From Marispirochaeta sp. (GTDB lineage: Bacteria > Spirochaetota > Spirochaetia > JC444 > Marispirochaetaceae), in contig CAXXFF010000002.1 in the NCBI GenBank assembly GCA_963676835.2, positions 64,001-128,000 of the forward strand: a DNA stretch of 64,000 nucleotides, written 5' to 3'. Shown here in pieces: positions 38,535 to 48,645 of this stretch (within the stretch, counting starts at the first letter, position 1; each line of letters starts with the position of its first letter). Under the pieces are notes generated by a model. It made no database searches. It saw only the letters and a program-made list of their open reading frames with translations, and had not been told where the DNA came from. Both the position numbers and the translations under genes were made by a program.

Positions 38535-38624
38535 TTGCTGAAATCATAGACTAAATTCACCGCCGTTCATACTCCATTCACACTTTGTTAGTATTAAGTT
38601 AGGAGTACAAGGAGAAAACAGAAG

Positions 38625-39737
38625 ATGAAACAGAAGAGTACAAAACCGGCCCTTATTTCTCTATTTCTGACCATTGCTGCAGCCAGCTGTATGGCTGAAG
38701 CTGTTCCCCTTTTAAGCAGCGCTGACATGTTTTCCGACCGGGACCTGAGACAAACAGTAGATTCTGCATCCTGGACAGAAAAAGTAATACAGGATAATTC
38801 AGATATACAGATAAACCGTGCAGGAATCTATCATATATCCGGAAATGCCGTAAATTCCACAATAATTATCGACACTGCCGACGACGAGAAGGTTCAGCTT
38901 GTTCTGGAAAATCTTTCCATCCGCAACCGGAACAAGCCCGGTGTATACCTAAAAGAGGCAGACAAGGTTTTTATCACCACCATAGGAACGAACAGCCTGG
39001 CGGTAAGTGGAGACTATGTACCCGACGGCGAGACCAATCTTGATGCGGTTATATTCTCCCGGTCCGACCTGGTTCTCAACGGAACAGGAACCCTCACGGT
39101 TATATCCGCTGAAGGAAACGGGATCACATCAAAAGATGACTTGAAGATAACCGGCGGCAGCCTGGATGTTACCGCAGAAAAAGACGGTCTGGAGGCGAAT
39201 GACTCTATCCGAATTTATGACGGGAATATTTCTGTTGCCAGCCAGAAAGATGCCCTTCACAGCGAGCACGATAATAACCCCCAGAAGGGCTACATCTACA
39301 TCCAGGGAGGAAACCTTGAAATAACCGCCGCAGATGATGCCATCCAGGGAAACAGCGCGGTTCAGATTGACGGCGGGACAATTCAGATTGCAAGCAGCCA
39401 GGAAGGGATTGAATCAACAAGAGTTCAGATAAACGGAGGGACTATAGACATCTACGCCACCGATGACGGAATTAACGCTGCAGAAAAGTCGGATAATCCG
39501 CTTTTTATTGAAGTAAACGGCGGTAATATCAGCATAGAGATGGCAGCCGGCGACACCGACGCCTTTGACTCTAACGGCGACCTCTATATTAACGGGGGCA
39601 TAATTACTATTCAGGCACGTTCTCCTTTTGATGCTGACGGAAAAGCAGAACTTAACGGCGGAACCGTCAAAGTAAACGGCGCGCTTGTTACTGAAATAAC
39701 GACCCAGCACTTCGGCGGACGTCGCCCCAGGTGGTAA
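38625..39737 (+). CDS. Cthe_2159/DUF4353 beta-helix carbohydrate-binding domain protein
   Basis: Signal peptide; AVIFSRSDLVLNGTGTL, GITSKDDLKITGG and repeated DGI/DAI-x-I-x-GG turns. Confidence 0.82.
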   Translation: MKQKSTKPALISLFLTIAAASCMAEAVPLLSSADMFSDRDLRQTVDSASWTEKVIQDNSDIQINRAGIYHISGNAVNSTIIIDTADDEKVQLVLENLSIRNRNKPGVYLKEADKVFITTIGTNSLAVSGDYVPDGETNLDAVIFSRSDLVLNGTGTLTVISAEGNGITSKDDLKITGGSLDVTAEKDGLEANDSIRIYDGNISVASQKDALHSEHDNNPQKGYIYIQGGNLEITAADDAIQGNSAVQIDGGTIQIASSQEGIESTRVQINGGTIDIYATDDGINAAEKSDNPLFIEVNGGNISIEMAAGDTDAFDSNGDLYINGGIITIQARSPFDADGKAELNGGTVKVNGALVTEITTQHFGGRRPRW

Positions 39738-39826
39738 GTGGAAAACTAAATACCTGTGTACCGAAACTCCCGGATCTGGAGATCCCTTCCTCAGAAGTGA
39801 CAGCTTTTAACGGGGAGCTGTAATAC

Positions 39827-41434
39827 CTACAGCCCCCATATAGCCTGATCCCTGGGATACTCCACAGCAAAACTGAAGGGAATCTCCCGGACGCCTCCAG
39901 GCTCCAGGGTAAATACCCATTCAACCCGGGATTCATCGTTTATACTCAGCTCACTGCTGTTCTGCTTTATCACAGGTGAGAGGGGTTTAACAGAAACTTC
40001 TTTCTCCTGAGAGATGGGAAACTGATCATACACTTTAAGGGATACCTGCTGCTTTTTCTTGTTGCTTATTTTAATCTGGTAATCAAACTGCTCGCTGGTC
40101 CGCTTATCCAGCATTCCTTCATTGCGGCGGAACCGCTTGAGAAAACGGTATTCCACCTGTACCCCCTCATCCACACCCAAGGAGATAGCCGTCTCTTCTC
40201 CGGGCATAACCAGAGGCATTTGAGAGGATGAGACAAAAGAACCGTCGAAAAAGATATTCATTCTACCCGGCAGAAGGGGGAAATCAGAATCGTTTGTCAT
40301 ATCCGCAGTCAGATAGGCGTATTCAGCAAGCTTGGGAACCGTGGTATAGCGGAATGTGGCAGGAAGCTTCCGCCGCATAATCACAACACGGTTGTCGTCC
40401 CCGTCACCGCCGATACTGCTGCCGCCGGGTACGGAAAAAACCACGGAAGCGCCGCCGCTCTCTACTGCTGCTTCTTCTGTACGGATCTCTTCAAAGGATG
40501 CATCCATCATCATGGGAGCCGCTGGTTCAGCTGCGTTATACATCTCGTCATCGTCCATGCTGCGGCTCTTTTTTACCCTGTAGTGACTTATCCGGGGACT
40601 GCTGGTGCTTATTCTCCACGGGGAAAGTTCAGGAACCAGGCCGGAAACATTCACCTTTGCTGTAGAAAGCTTAAGCTCAACTCCCTGCCAGTCCTCACCG
40701 CTTGACTGGGAAACCAGGGCATCATACTCCAGAAGAATTTCCTCGTCCCCGCTGCCGCCGCGAAGATTATAGACAGGCACCCAGTTGGGTCCATAGAGCA
40801 GGTAGGAGAGATCAACTTCTACCTCCCCCTCAGCTTCGGCAAGAAGGTTAACCTTGATTACATTACGGGTACGGGAGCCACTTCCGCCAAGGGCAGCCAG
40901 TCGGGATTCCACCGTTTCCAGTTCCCGGGTCAACTCTCGAATTTTACGCTCCGCTGTAAGCTTGCGTTCTGCGGCATCGGCATGTTTCTGCTGATAAAAC
41001 TGCAGCATACTCTCCCAGGAGCCGGGGTCGGACACCGGCTGCACCGGAGAAGAGGTTCCGGCTTTGACAGGTGTTGTCACAAAAGTCGATACTTTTTCGA
41101 GAAAAACAGAGTCCCGGTTGCAGGCTTCGATTATAAGCTGTTCTTCAGCCATGGAATCACTCAAAGACTCCTGCTGCTTGAGAAGAGATGTACGTCTTTC
41201 ACTGGAATCCTCTGAAAAGTATTCAGTTTCAAAACTGCAATCCCCGAGAACTGCATTACCCTTGCCACTGACCTGAATACTCTCCGCTTCTATGTCCGCG
41301 GACAAATCTGGAAAGACCAGCAGCTGATTGCCCTTCCCAAGGCTTACCCTGGCAGTACGGGTTACCATTGCCCGGCCCGGATAGACCGTAACAGCACTTA
41401 CACTGGATTCAACTTCGGTTTTCTCTATTTCCAT
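39827..41434 (-). CDS. DUF4140/DUF4139 protein (MuiA-like)
   Basis: VTVYPGRAMVTR, WVPVYNLR, QSSGEDWQGVELKLSTA and VPKL..PLLPG motifs. Confidence 0.88.
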   Translation of the reverse strand: MEIEKTEVESSVSAVTVYPGRAMVTRTARVSLGKGNQLLVFPDLSADIEAESIQVSGKGNAVLGDCSFETEYFSEDSSERRTSLLKQQESLSDSMAEEQLIIEACNRDSVFLEKVSTFVTTPVKAGTSSPVQPVSDPGSWESMLQFYQQKHADAAERKLTAERKIRELTRELETVESRLAALGGSGSRTRNVIKVNLLAEAEGEVEVDLSYLLYGPNWVPVYNLRGGSGDEEILLEYDALVSQSSGEDWQGVELKLSTAKVNVSGLVPELSPWRISTSSPRISHYRVKKSRSMDDDEMYNAAEPAAPMMMDASFEEIRTEEAAVESGGASVVFSVPGGSSIGGDGDDNRVVIMRRKLPATFRYTTVPKLAEYAYLTADMTNDSDFPLLPGRMNIFFDGSFVSSSQMPLVMPGEETAISLGVDEGVQVEYRFLKRFRRNEGMLDKRTSEQFDYQIKISNKKKQQVSLKVYDQFPISQEKEVSVKPLSPVIKQNSSELSINDESRVEWVFTLEPGGVREIPFSFAVEYPRDQAIWGL

Positions 41435-41492
41435 AATAAGACCAGTATATCACGGGCTCACCAATATCCTGAAGGAAATCATGATCTGCCTA

Positions 41493-41524
41493 TTGACCCT
41501 CCACTTAAGGGGAGGGTTTAGATT
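41493..41524 (+). promoter_or_regulatory. MerR-type promoter with long spacer and dyad operator
   Basis: TTGACC, 20-bp spacer, TAGATT; dyad ACCCTCC-a-CTTAAG-g-GGAGGGT; MerR gene in the same operon. Confidence 0.82.
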
Positions 41525-41541
41525 ATAGACAGGAGGCAGCA

Positions 41542-42165
41542 GTGGAAAAAATTACAAAGGGTAAACTGGACTTGAAGAAAGTATATGTATCCTGCTATAG
41601 AGCGAAACCCTCGGTGGAATTTGTTCAGGTTCCTCCAATCCAGTATCTGACATTTCAGGGAAAAGGGAATCCCAACACATCACCTGAATTTGACGAAGCC
41701 ATGGGCGTTCTCTATGGACTGGTGTATACCGCAAAGTTCATTTCCAAAGACCGGGGACAGGACTTTACTGTTATGCCCCTGGAAGGACAGTGGTGGTCCG
41801 ATCCCCCGGAAGCCTTCTGTTCCATTTCAAAGGATATGTGGATATGGAAGGTTATGATTGCCCTTCCGGATTTTATTACCACGTCATTTATTAAGAATGC
41901 TGAAGAGATTCTCAGGAAGAAAAAAAATCTTCCGGGGCTTGAAAAGGCGAAAATAGAAACCATGGAGGACGGTCTGTCCGCCCAGTTTCTTCATATGGGC
42001 CCCTATGCTGACGAGGCCCCTTTTATTGCTGCCATGCATGCACAGGTTAAAGAACAGGGCTACAAACTGAGGGGGCATCACCGGGAAATCTACCTTAGCG
42101 ATCCCCGTCGCACGGTTACGGAAAAGCTGAAGACCATTATCCGGCACCCGGTGGAAAGAGCCTGA
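41542..42165 (+). CDS. GyrI-like small-molecule-binding protein
   Basis: GKGNPN, VMPLEGQWW, HMGPYADE and HREIYLSDPRR motifs; GTG start after AGGAGG. Confidence 0.88.
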   Translation: MEKITKGKLDLKKVYVSCYRAKPSVEFVQVPPIQYLTFQGKGNPNTSPEFDEAMGVLYGLVYTAKFISKDRGQDFTVMPLEGQWWSDPPEAFCSISKDMWIWKVMIALPDFITTSFIKNAEEILRKKKNLPGLEKAKIETMEDGLSAQFLHMGPYADEAPFIAAMHAQVKEQGYKLRGHHREIYLSDPRRTVTEKLKTIIRHPVERA

Positions 42166-42221
42166 TCCCCTGTACAGCAGTATCCGATGGAAGATACACT
42201 CCAACAGTACCGGGAGGTTGG

Positions 42222-43052
42222 ATGTTTTCCATCGGAGAGTTTTCACGCGCCACGCAGCTGACAGTAAAAACCCTGCGGTTTTATCATGATCAGGGAATCC
42301 TGATCCCTGCCCGGATCGATCCAGTTTCAGGTTACCGCTACTATGATTCAAACTCATACCACCGGGCACAGCAGATAGAACAGCTGAAAAACCTTGGTTT
42401 TACCATCACAGAAATTTACCGCATTCTTACCGATTTTGACGATGAGCAGGAACTGACCAATCTGATTAAAGAGAAGCTGATTCAGACGCAGACAGAAATA
42501 AACAAGCTGAAAGCACTGGAACGGAATCTTAAACAGGCTGTCAGCTTAACAGCGCAGACAGAGCCCGTTTCCGCAGACGGGGAGATACTGGAAACTGACC
42601 TGGAACTTCCCCTTCTTGCGATAAAGGAAATAACTGGCCGGTATGAGAACCTTGGAGAAGCATACAGAAATCTCTACACAAGCCTTGGAGCAGTCATCAA
42701 AGGAAAACCCTTCGCCTTATATTATGATCTTGATCACAGGGAGAAGGATCTTACCATGGAGGCGGCGATTCCAATAAAAAAGGAGATCCCCGTAAAAGGG
42801 GTAAAAGGTATCACCTACAGACAACCGGAAACCATACACTGCATTAAAACTGAATATTCAGGCCCATACGGGAGGCAGGGGAATACCTACCTGCGTCTCT
42901 TCGCCTTCTGCAGGGAGAGAGGATTACAAATTGAAACGCCGGTTATTGAGCATTACATAAAAGGGCCGGGAATGATTCTCCGGGGGAATCCGGAGAAATA
43001 CCGGACAGAGTGTATTCTTAAAGTCACGGCTCCCGGGCAATCTGAACACTGA
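42222..43052 (+). CDS. MerR-family regulator with GyrI-like effector domain
   Basis: FSIGEFSR..KTLRFYHDQGILIPARIDPVSGYRYY. Confidence 0.92.
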   Translation: MFSIGEFSRATQLTVKTLRFYHDQGILIPARIDPVSGYRYYDSNSYHRAQQIEQLKNLGFTITEIYRILTDFDDEQELTNLIKEKLIQTQTEINKLKALERNLKQAVSLTAQTEPVSADGEILETDLELPLLAIKEITGRYENLGEAYRNLYTSLGAVIKGKPFALYYDLDHREKDLTMEAAIPIKKEIPVKGVKGITYRQPETIHCIKTEYSGPYGRQGNTYLRLFAFCRERGLQIETPVIEHYIKGPGMILRGNPEKYRTECILKVTAPGQSEH

Positions 43053-43812
43053 TTCCCAGCTTCTCAACCTCTTTTAAAATAGCAGCATCCGCAGCTTCAT
43101 CGGTAATAAGTGTATCCACAATATCCAGATCGCAGATATGACTCAAAGCGGTCTGCCCAAGCTTTCCTCCGTCGGCAATAAGCACCACCCGTTTTGCACA
43201 GCCGATCATGCGCTGCTTTACCGAGGCTTCAACCATGGTGTGATCTGTAAGGCCTTTTTCAAGGGAAACTGCTTTAGCTGACAGGAAAAAGATGTCTGCA
43301 TTTACTGAATCAAAGAAACTTTCCGCCGGAGGCCCCACCATGGAGCGGGACGGTCCGTGGACAATTCCACCAGGCAGAATAAGTGTCAGTTCCGGCAGGC
43401 CGGTAAGAACCTGTGCAGCCTCCAGAGAAGGTGTAATAACAGTTATGTGTTCTTTGTCACAGAGCTTGAGGGCAAGCTCATAGGCGGTTGTTCCCGACCC
43501 GATTATAACCGTATCGCCGCTGGTCACCATATCAGCAGCCGATACTGCCAGCAGGCTCTTTGCGTCCCGGTTGCGGTTAAGACGCCGGGAAAAGGTGGCA
43601 CCGGATATACTGGACTGCAGAAGCCCTGCTCCACCCTTTGTGCGGAAACAGATTCCCGCTTCTTCAAGAGAGACCAGGTCCCGGCGGATAGTGTTTTCAG
43701 AGACTCCCAGCTGCTCGCTAAGGTCGGAAACTTTTACCGTATGCCGGCTCGAGAGGAGTTCCTGTATTTTTAAAAACCGCTCAGGTTGAAGAAGCCTGGA
43801 ATCGTCATTCAT
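43024..43812 (-). CDS. DeoR/GlpR-family transcriptional regulator
   Basis: LGVSENTIRRDLVSLE; GSGTT; DTLITD. Confidence 0.92.
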   Translation of the reverse strand: MNDDSRLLQPERFLKIQELLSSRHTVKVSDLSEQLGVSENTIRRDLVSLEEAGICFRTKGGAGLLQSSISGATFSRRLNRNRDAKSLLAVSAADMVTSGDTVIIGSGTTAYELALKLCDKEHITVITPSLEAAQVLTGLPELTLILPGGIVHGPSRSMVGPPAESFFDSVNADIFFLSAKAVSLEKGLTDHTMVEASVKQRMIGCAKRVVLIADGGKLGQTALSHICDLDIVDTLITDEAADAAILKEVEKLGISVQIAREP

Positions 43813-44067
43813 GAGGTACCAGTATAAAGGGTGTTTTACGCTCTGAGAAGCATATTCACGGCTTCTTTTATCCAGCTCAAATACCGGCTGCTCTGAGAAA
43901 TGGAGTATTTTTTACAGTACCATTTATATCAGAAACTATCTGAAAACCCACCAGCAATACTGCAGTAAGTTACAGGTAAAAACCTAGCATTGCTTACAGT
44001 GTCACATAGAACAGGTTCATGGATAATAACTCAGATTATTTCAATTATTTTTGGAGAAATTATTTTT

Positions 44068-44811
44068 ATGAATAGAAAACCTGTTCTTCTTTTGTTTCTT
44101 GGAATTGCAGCTATGGCTTTTCTGTCTTCCTGCGAAGACAGCGGGGCAGGTTCATCACCAGCACCGACGGTAACCCCGGTCATAGACTATGACTATACCG
44201 CCTGGACCTTTGACAACACTCTGGAAGAGATGAACGGCAACAGCATGTACCCCCTGACTGCTGAACAAGTGCTGTCGTCATACTCATTTTCCTATGGCAG
44301 TTCCACTAATCCAACTTATGCCAATGCCATGTTTATACGCCTGAAGACAGCAGAGGGGGTGGATTCACCCTTCGGTGACGACAGCACCTGGGCAATATCC
44401 CTCTGGTCAACCACAGGCTATTCGAATGATTCCATCTTTCCCATGTTCACCTGGTATGACGCTTCCGGCACAAGTCTCTTCTCCTTCGAGGAAGGCTGGT
44501 TCTCCCAGCTTTTGTATAATGGCGGCACAGGAACCACGGTTTTTCTTAACGACAATACGTCCGATAACAGAACGATCATGATGAACTGGCACAATACGGT
44601 AATTACCAGCGACGGGACCAATCTCTACTGTTACCTGAACGGAGAACTTAAGAATACCATCAGCACCACTTTTGACCTTTCCGGTTCCGGAAGATTTGTC
44701 TTTGGAGAACTCAGCGGTTCCTCCTTTATGGGCAAAATTGATAATGCAGTTATTTACGAGGACTACAAGGACGCCACCGAAGTAGCGGCAATTTACGCAG
44801 CGGGACGCTGA
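44068..44811 (+). CDS. Lipoprotein with LamG/ConA-like domain
   Basis: Lipobox LSSC; WAISLW, NWHNTVIT, YLNGEL and FMGKIDNAVIY motifs. Confidence 0.72.
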   Translation: MNRKPVLLLFLGIAAMAFLSSCEDSGAGSSPAPTVTPVIDYDYTAWTFDNTLEEMNGNSMYPLTAEQVLSSYSFSYGSSTNPTYANAMFIRLKTAEGVDSPFGDDSTWAISLWSTTGYSNDSIFPMFTWYDASGTSLFSFEEGWFSQLLYNGGTGTTVFLNDNTSDNRTIMMNWHNTVITSDGTNLYCYLNGELKNTISTTFDLSGSGRFVFGELSGSSFMGKIDNAVIYEDYKDATEVAAIYAAGR

Positions 44812-44844
44812 CAGCAGCAGTATTCTACGTTTCTGCAGGAGAAA

Positions 44845-45663
44845 TTACACAGTGCTCCTGCAGAGCTGTTTATTATTTGTGCTATTGATCGGGCCAACCT
44901 GTTTTGCCGGATAGGGAACAATTAATGGAATTCCGGCATGATCAATGATATCAACCTGTATCCCATACACCTCTTCAAGGTTTTCAGGGGTAATTGTTTC
45001 CTCTCCCCCATAAGCAAAAACTCTGGCATCCTTAAGCAGTACAAAGCGGTCGCAGTAGCGTATGGCAAGGTTCAGATCGTGAATAATAATTGCCACGCAG
45101 GTGTTATGCTCAGCTGCTATGGCTTTTACAATCTGGAGCACCTCATGCTGATTACGGGGATCCAGGTTGCTGGTAGGCTCATCCAGGAGCAGCAGTTTCG
45201 GCTCCTGTGCCAGGGCACGGGCAAGCATGACTTTCTGCACCTCACCGCCGGAAAGCTCGGATATATTGCGGAGCGACATCTCTGCCAGATTCATTTTTTG
45301 CATGATCTCCCAGACAATCGCCCTGTCATCTGATGTTGCATTCCACTTGATATATGGCTTTCTTCCCAAAAGAACAGCATCAAAGACCGTCATATCAACC
45401 GATCCTGTATGTTGCGGAACGTAAGCGATTGTCCGGGCACGCTCATTTCTGGTCATGGAAAACACATTTTCCTGCTCAACACATACCGAACCTTCCTGGA
45501 CAGGACATATGCGGTTGATGCTCTTTAACAAAGTGCTTTTTCCTGCTCCGTTATTACCCAGAATCGCTATACAGCGGTTCTTCTGAATATCAAAACTGAC
45601 CTCGTCCAGAATATTCCGCGAGGTGCGGCTGTATGCAAAACTGATACTGTCTATTTCAACCAT
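44845..45663 (-). CDS. Fec/Btu-type ABC transporter ATP-binding protein
   Basis: GNNGAGKST, LSGGEVQK and HDLNLAIRYCD motifs. Confidence 0.92.
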   Translation of the reverse strand: MVEIDSISFAYSRTSRNILDEVSFDIQKNRCIAILGNNGAGKSTLLKSINRICPVQEGSVCVEQENVFSMTRNERARTIAYVPQHTGSVDMTVFDAVLLGRKPYIKWNATSDDRAIVWEIMQKMNLAEMSLRNISELSGGEVQKVMLARALAQEPKLLLLDEPTSNLDPRNQHEVLQIVKAIAAEHNTCVAIIIHDLNLAIRYCDRFVLLKDARVFAYGGEETITPENLEEVYGIQVDIIDHAGIPLIVPYPAKQVGPINSTNNKQLCRSTV

Positions 45664-46735
45664 TGGTTTTACCCCCTTTAAACAGAATAAACAGAAACAA
45701 TGGCGCTCCAAGGAAGGAGGTAATAGCTCCAATGGGCAGGATTACCGGCGCAATAATCAATCTGCCGAAGGTATCCGCCAGAATCAGAAGCAGTCCCCCG
45801 GCTACAGCAGAAGAGGGAATAAGATAGCGGTAATCATTGCCGACAAATCTGCGCATCATATGTGGAGCAACAAGCCCCACAAAACTGATAATCCCCACAA
45901 AAGAAACCGCAACTGCCGAGGTCAGCGAACATATGCTCATACTTACCAGCATGACTGCCCGGGTATTCACACCAAGGCTCTTTGCTGTATCCGCTCCACC
46001 TGCCATTGCGTTGTAGTTCCAGCGGTTCAACGAGAAAAAAAGCATGGCTAAAAACAAAACGATCCCGAGGATTGAAAGTTCCGGCCAGCTTGTTGCCCCA
46101 AGATTCCCGAAGGTCCAGAAAACCACGGTGCTGATCTTTGTTTCATCCGCGAAATACTGAAGCAGCGTACTTCCACCGGCAAAAAGAGAACTCAAGGCAA
46201 CTCCGGCAAGGATAAACCCGCCGGGCCCCAGATCTTTCTTGAGCCCCGACAGGGCGATAACCACAAAAGTGGACAGTGAACCGCAGAGAAATGCGCAGAT
46301 GGTAACAATGTAGGGGTTATTTATTGAAACCGCTGTAGCTGCTGAATCGGAGTTCACCACTCCGCCGCCGAATACAATAATGCCCAGAGCGGCGCCGAAG
46401 GCCGCCCCATGAGAGACACCAAGGGTCGACGCTGAAGCAAGCGGGTTTCGTAAAACACATTGCATAACAGCACCTGAAGCCGCCAGGGCGGCTCCGACTA
46501 TGACAGCAGTAACAACCCGGGGCAGCCGGATATTCATGACAACCGTCTGTGTCCGGGCATTCCCTCCGCCGAAAATGGTGGAAAGTACATCGGTCACAGG
46601 GATCTTCAACGATCCGGCACTGACGGCAAACAGACTGATCAGAACTGTCACAAGTACGGACAATGCAAATACAATGCTTTTCTTCTGCAAAAATGCATCA
46701 TACTGCTTCTGCTGTGCAATGGATTCAACTGCCAT
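45656..46735 (-). CDS. FecCD-family ABC permease
   Basis: IRLPRV, RNPLAS, AKSLGVN and GIISFVGLVAPH motifs. Confidence 0.93.
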   Translation of the reverse strand: MAVESIAQQKQYDAFLQKKSIVFALSVLVTVLISLFAVSAGSLKIPVTDVLSTIFGGGNARTQTVVMNIRLPRVVTAVIVGAALAASGAVMQCVLRNPLASASTLGVSHGAAFGAALGIIVFGGGVVNSDSAATAVSINNPYIVTICAFLCGSLSTFVVIALSGLKKDLGPGGFILAGVALSSLFAGGSTLLQYFADETKISTVVFWTFGNLGATSWPELSILGIVLFLAMLFFSLNRWNYNAMAGGADTAKSLGVNTRAVMLVSMSICSLTSAVAVSFVGIISFVGLVAPHMMRRFVGNDYRYLIPSSAVAGGLLLILADTFGRLIIAPVILPIGAITSFLGAPLFLFILFKGGKTNG

Positions 46736-46738
46736 TGC

Positions 46739-47842
46739 TTATGCGCCTAAATCGATTTTACAATAACCGTATCCGGCCTCTTCCAGTTTACTCAGATAAT
46801 TATCTGCTCCCAGAAAAAACTTGAAGATTTCATTTGCCTTTTGGGTGAAATCGATATCCTTGAACTGTTCCGGATACAGAATGCTCCCGGCATAGTAACT
46901 GTTCACAATGGGAATCTCGACATTCGAGTAATATGAGGTTGAACTGGGATACTGATACACCGTCCCGCCTTCAACCGCTTGCAGCTGCTTATAAAAATCA
47001 GGGTTCTTTTCATAATCAAGCTCAACAAGATTTACTCCTCCGCTGTCGAGAAAAATAACCTGAGGATTCCATCCGAGAATCTTCTCCTTATCCACAAGCA
47101 CCCCGCCGGATTTCTCCGCAATTCCTGCAGCAACATCATTAGCGGCTATTGCCTGAAATACTGCATATTTTGAATAAACCCCCTCAATTCCGTGCGCCCC
47201 TTTGAAGGTAGCCGCTGCTCCCAGAACCGAAGGTTTATGAGAAGCAGGAACGCCTGCCGTTCTTTCTCCAAGATCCTTAAGAGAATCATGAATAAAGGTT
47301 ATCACCTCATCCGCCCGCTCCGGGACATTGCAGACATCAGCTAAAATACGCAGAGCCTCCTGGTAATCTTTTCCGAAGAGTGTTCCCATCGGCACAGCTA
47401 CTACAGGGATCCCGGTCTTGCTCGTAATCTCGTCCGCCAGTTCCGCATTATAGGAACAGAAAATGACATCAGGATTTACACTGATAATCTGTTCAGGATA
47501 GTAGTTGGTTGCCCCCCTGGCATCGGTACCCACCATAGGCACATTCGACCAGAGTTCTTTTGTCGCATAGGCATAGGCGGTAACAGGACTGATGGTCTCA
47601 GGATCCATCCCACCAACACCGACAACCTTCCCGGCCAATCCGAGGTAAGTAATCATGCGGGGCGTATTCCCAAGGGGAACAAAGCTCTCCACCACCTTCG
47701 GCACCTCAACCTCACGTCCAAGACTGTCAGTGATAATACGTGTTTCCTCCTGCACAGTCTCTGTTGTCGTATTTTTACTACAACCGGTGAAACCCCCGGC
47801 AGCAAGGGCGAAAATCAGCATCGATACGGCAATGTTCTTCAT
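46739..47842 (-). CDS. Fec/Btu-type ABC substrate-binding lipoprotein
   Basis: Lipobox FTGC; ITDSLGREVEVP, EQIISVNPDVI and EKILGWNPQVIF motifs. Confidence 0.9.
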   Translation of the reverse strand: MKNIAVSMLIFALAAGGFTGCSKNTTTETVQEETRIITDSLGREVEVPKVVESFVPLGNTPRMITYLGLAGKVVGVGGMDPETISPVTAYAYATKELWSNVPMVGTDARGATNYYPEQIISVNPDVIFCSYNAELADEITSKTGIPVVAVPMGTLFGKDYQEALRILADVCNVPERADEVITFIHDSLKDLGERTAGVPASHKPSVLGAAATFKGAHGIEGVYSKYAVFQAIAANDVAAGIAEKSGGVLVDKEKILGWNPQVIFLDSGGVNLVELDYEKNPDFYKQLQAVEGGTVYQYPSSTSYYSNVEIPIVNSYYAGSILYPEQFKDIDFTQKANEIFKFFLGADNYLSKLEEAGYGYCKIDLGA

Positions 47843-47908
47843 TTGACGACTCCTTTCTCTTGTAATGTTCATTTCTTAATAAGCAGAATTGCTCATGCAG
47901 CCTGTAAC

Positions 47909-48438
47909 TCACCAGCCTCTGGTATAACTGGTGAAACAGTCGGCACAGACAGTTTTTCCTTCCTGCAGGTGCATTTTATGTTCAGGAGCCCCTTCGCCGC
48001 AATTTTCACAAATCAGGGTAGTAAAAAGCCGGGCTCTTTCGGGAAGCTCAAAATCCGGTGTGGAAAAGGTAAAAATTTCATCCACCGGAGATGCGAGAAG
48101 CTGCTGCTGCCACGCTGCCCGGTCCATATCTTTCTCTTTCTTCCCGGGAATAAGACAGACCCGTATTTTTTTCCGCTGGTTCGGTCGAAGAACGAGAAGG
48201 CCTGCTTCCCTGTGCCCCGGTACATCAGGTTCCCCTTTCCAAAGGTACAGCTTAAGAGAGCCTGCACCGCATCAACACCGCAGGCATCATTCTCGGTTAC
48301 ACAGACAATCTGTTCATCATCAGATACCCCGATCCCCATCTTTTCCCTGGCCGCCTCACAGGCCTTGAAACCGATGGCAAGTCCGGGACATTCATGGCCG
48401 TGAAAATTCACGGCTTTCTGCCATAATTCGCTTTTCAT
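47909..48438 (-). pseudogene. FmdE-family protein with C-terminal Zn finger, split by a frameshift at an A7 run
   Basis: FHGHECPGLAIG..CGVDAVQ..CTFGKGNL in one frame; CENCGE..CADCF in another; junction at 48166-48172. Confidence 0.82.
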
Positions 48439-48645
48439 ATGTTTTCCTTTTTCTGCTGGTACTGCAGGATTTCTCGAGTATTGATGTTGTTTTATGCACT
48501 ATCTCACCACATATCACATTAATCAACTATTTTTAATCACATTTTTGATTGACAATGGTTTTATATGATGTTTTCATACAGGTGTCACCATGCTATAGAT
48601 CAAGGCCTGTTTTTATCACACATGAAATTACCTGGAGCAGAAGCA

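Noticed and set aside
43840..43899. GCTCTGAGAA repeated 50 bp apart upstream of the DeoR gene
   Set aside because: Two 10-bp copies are too little evidence to call an operator.
48564..48578. TATGA-N5-TCATA dyad as a NikR box upstream of larC
   Set aside because: The spacer is far shorter than the 16 bp of the E. coli NikR operator, and the AT-rich context makes a chance dyad likely.
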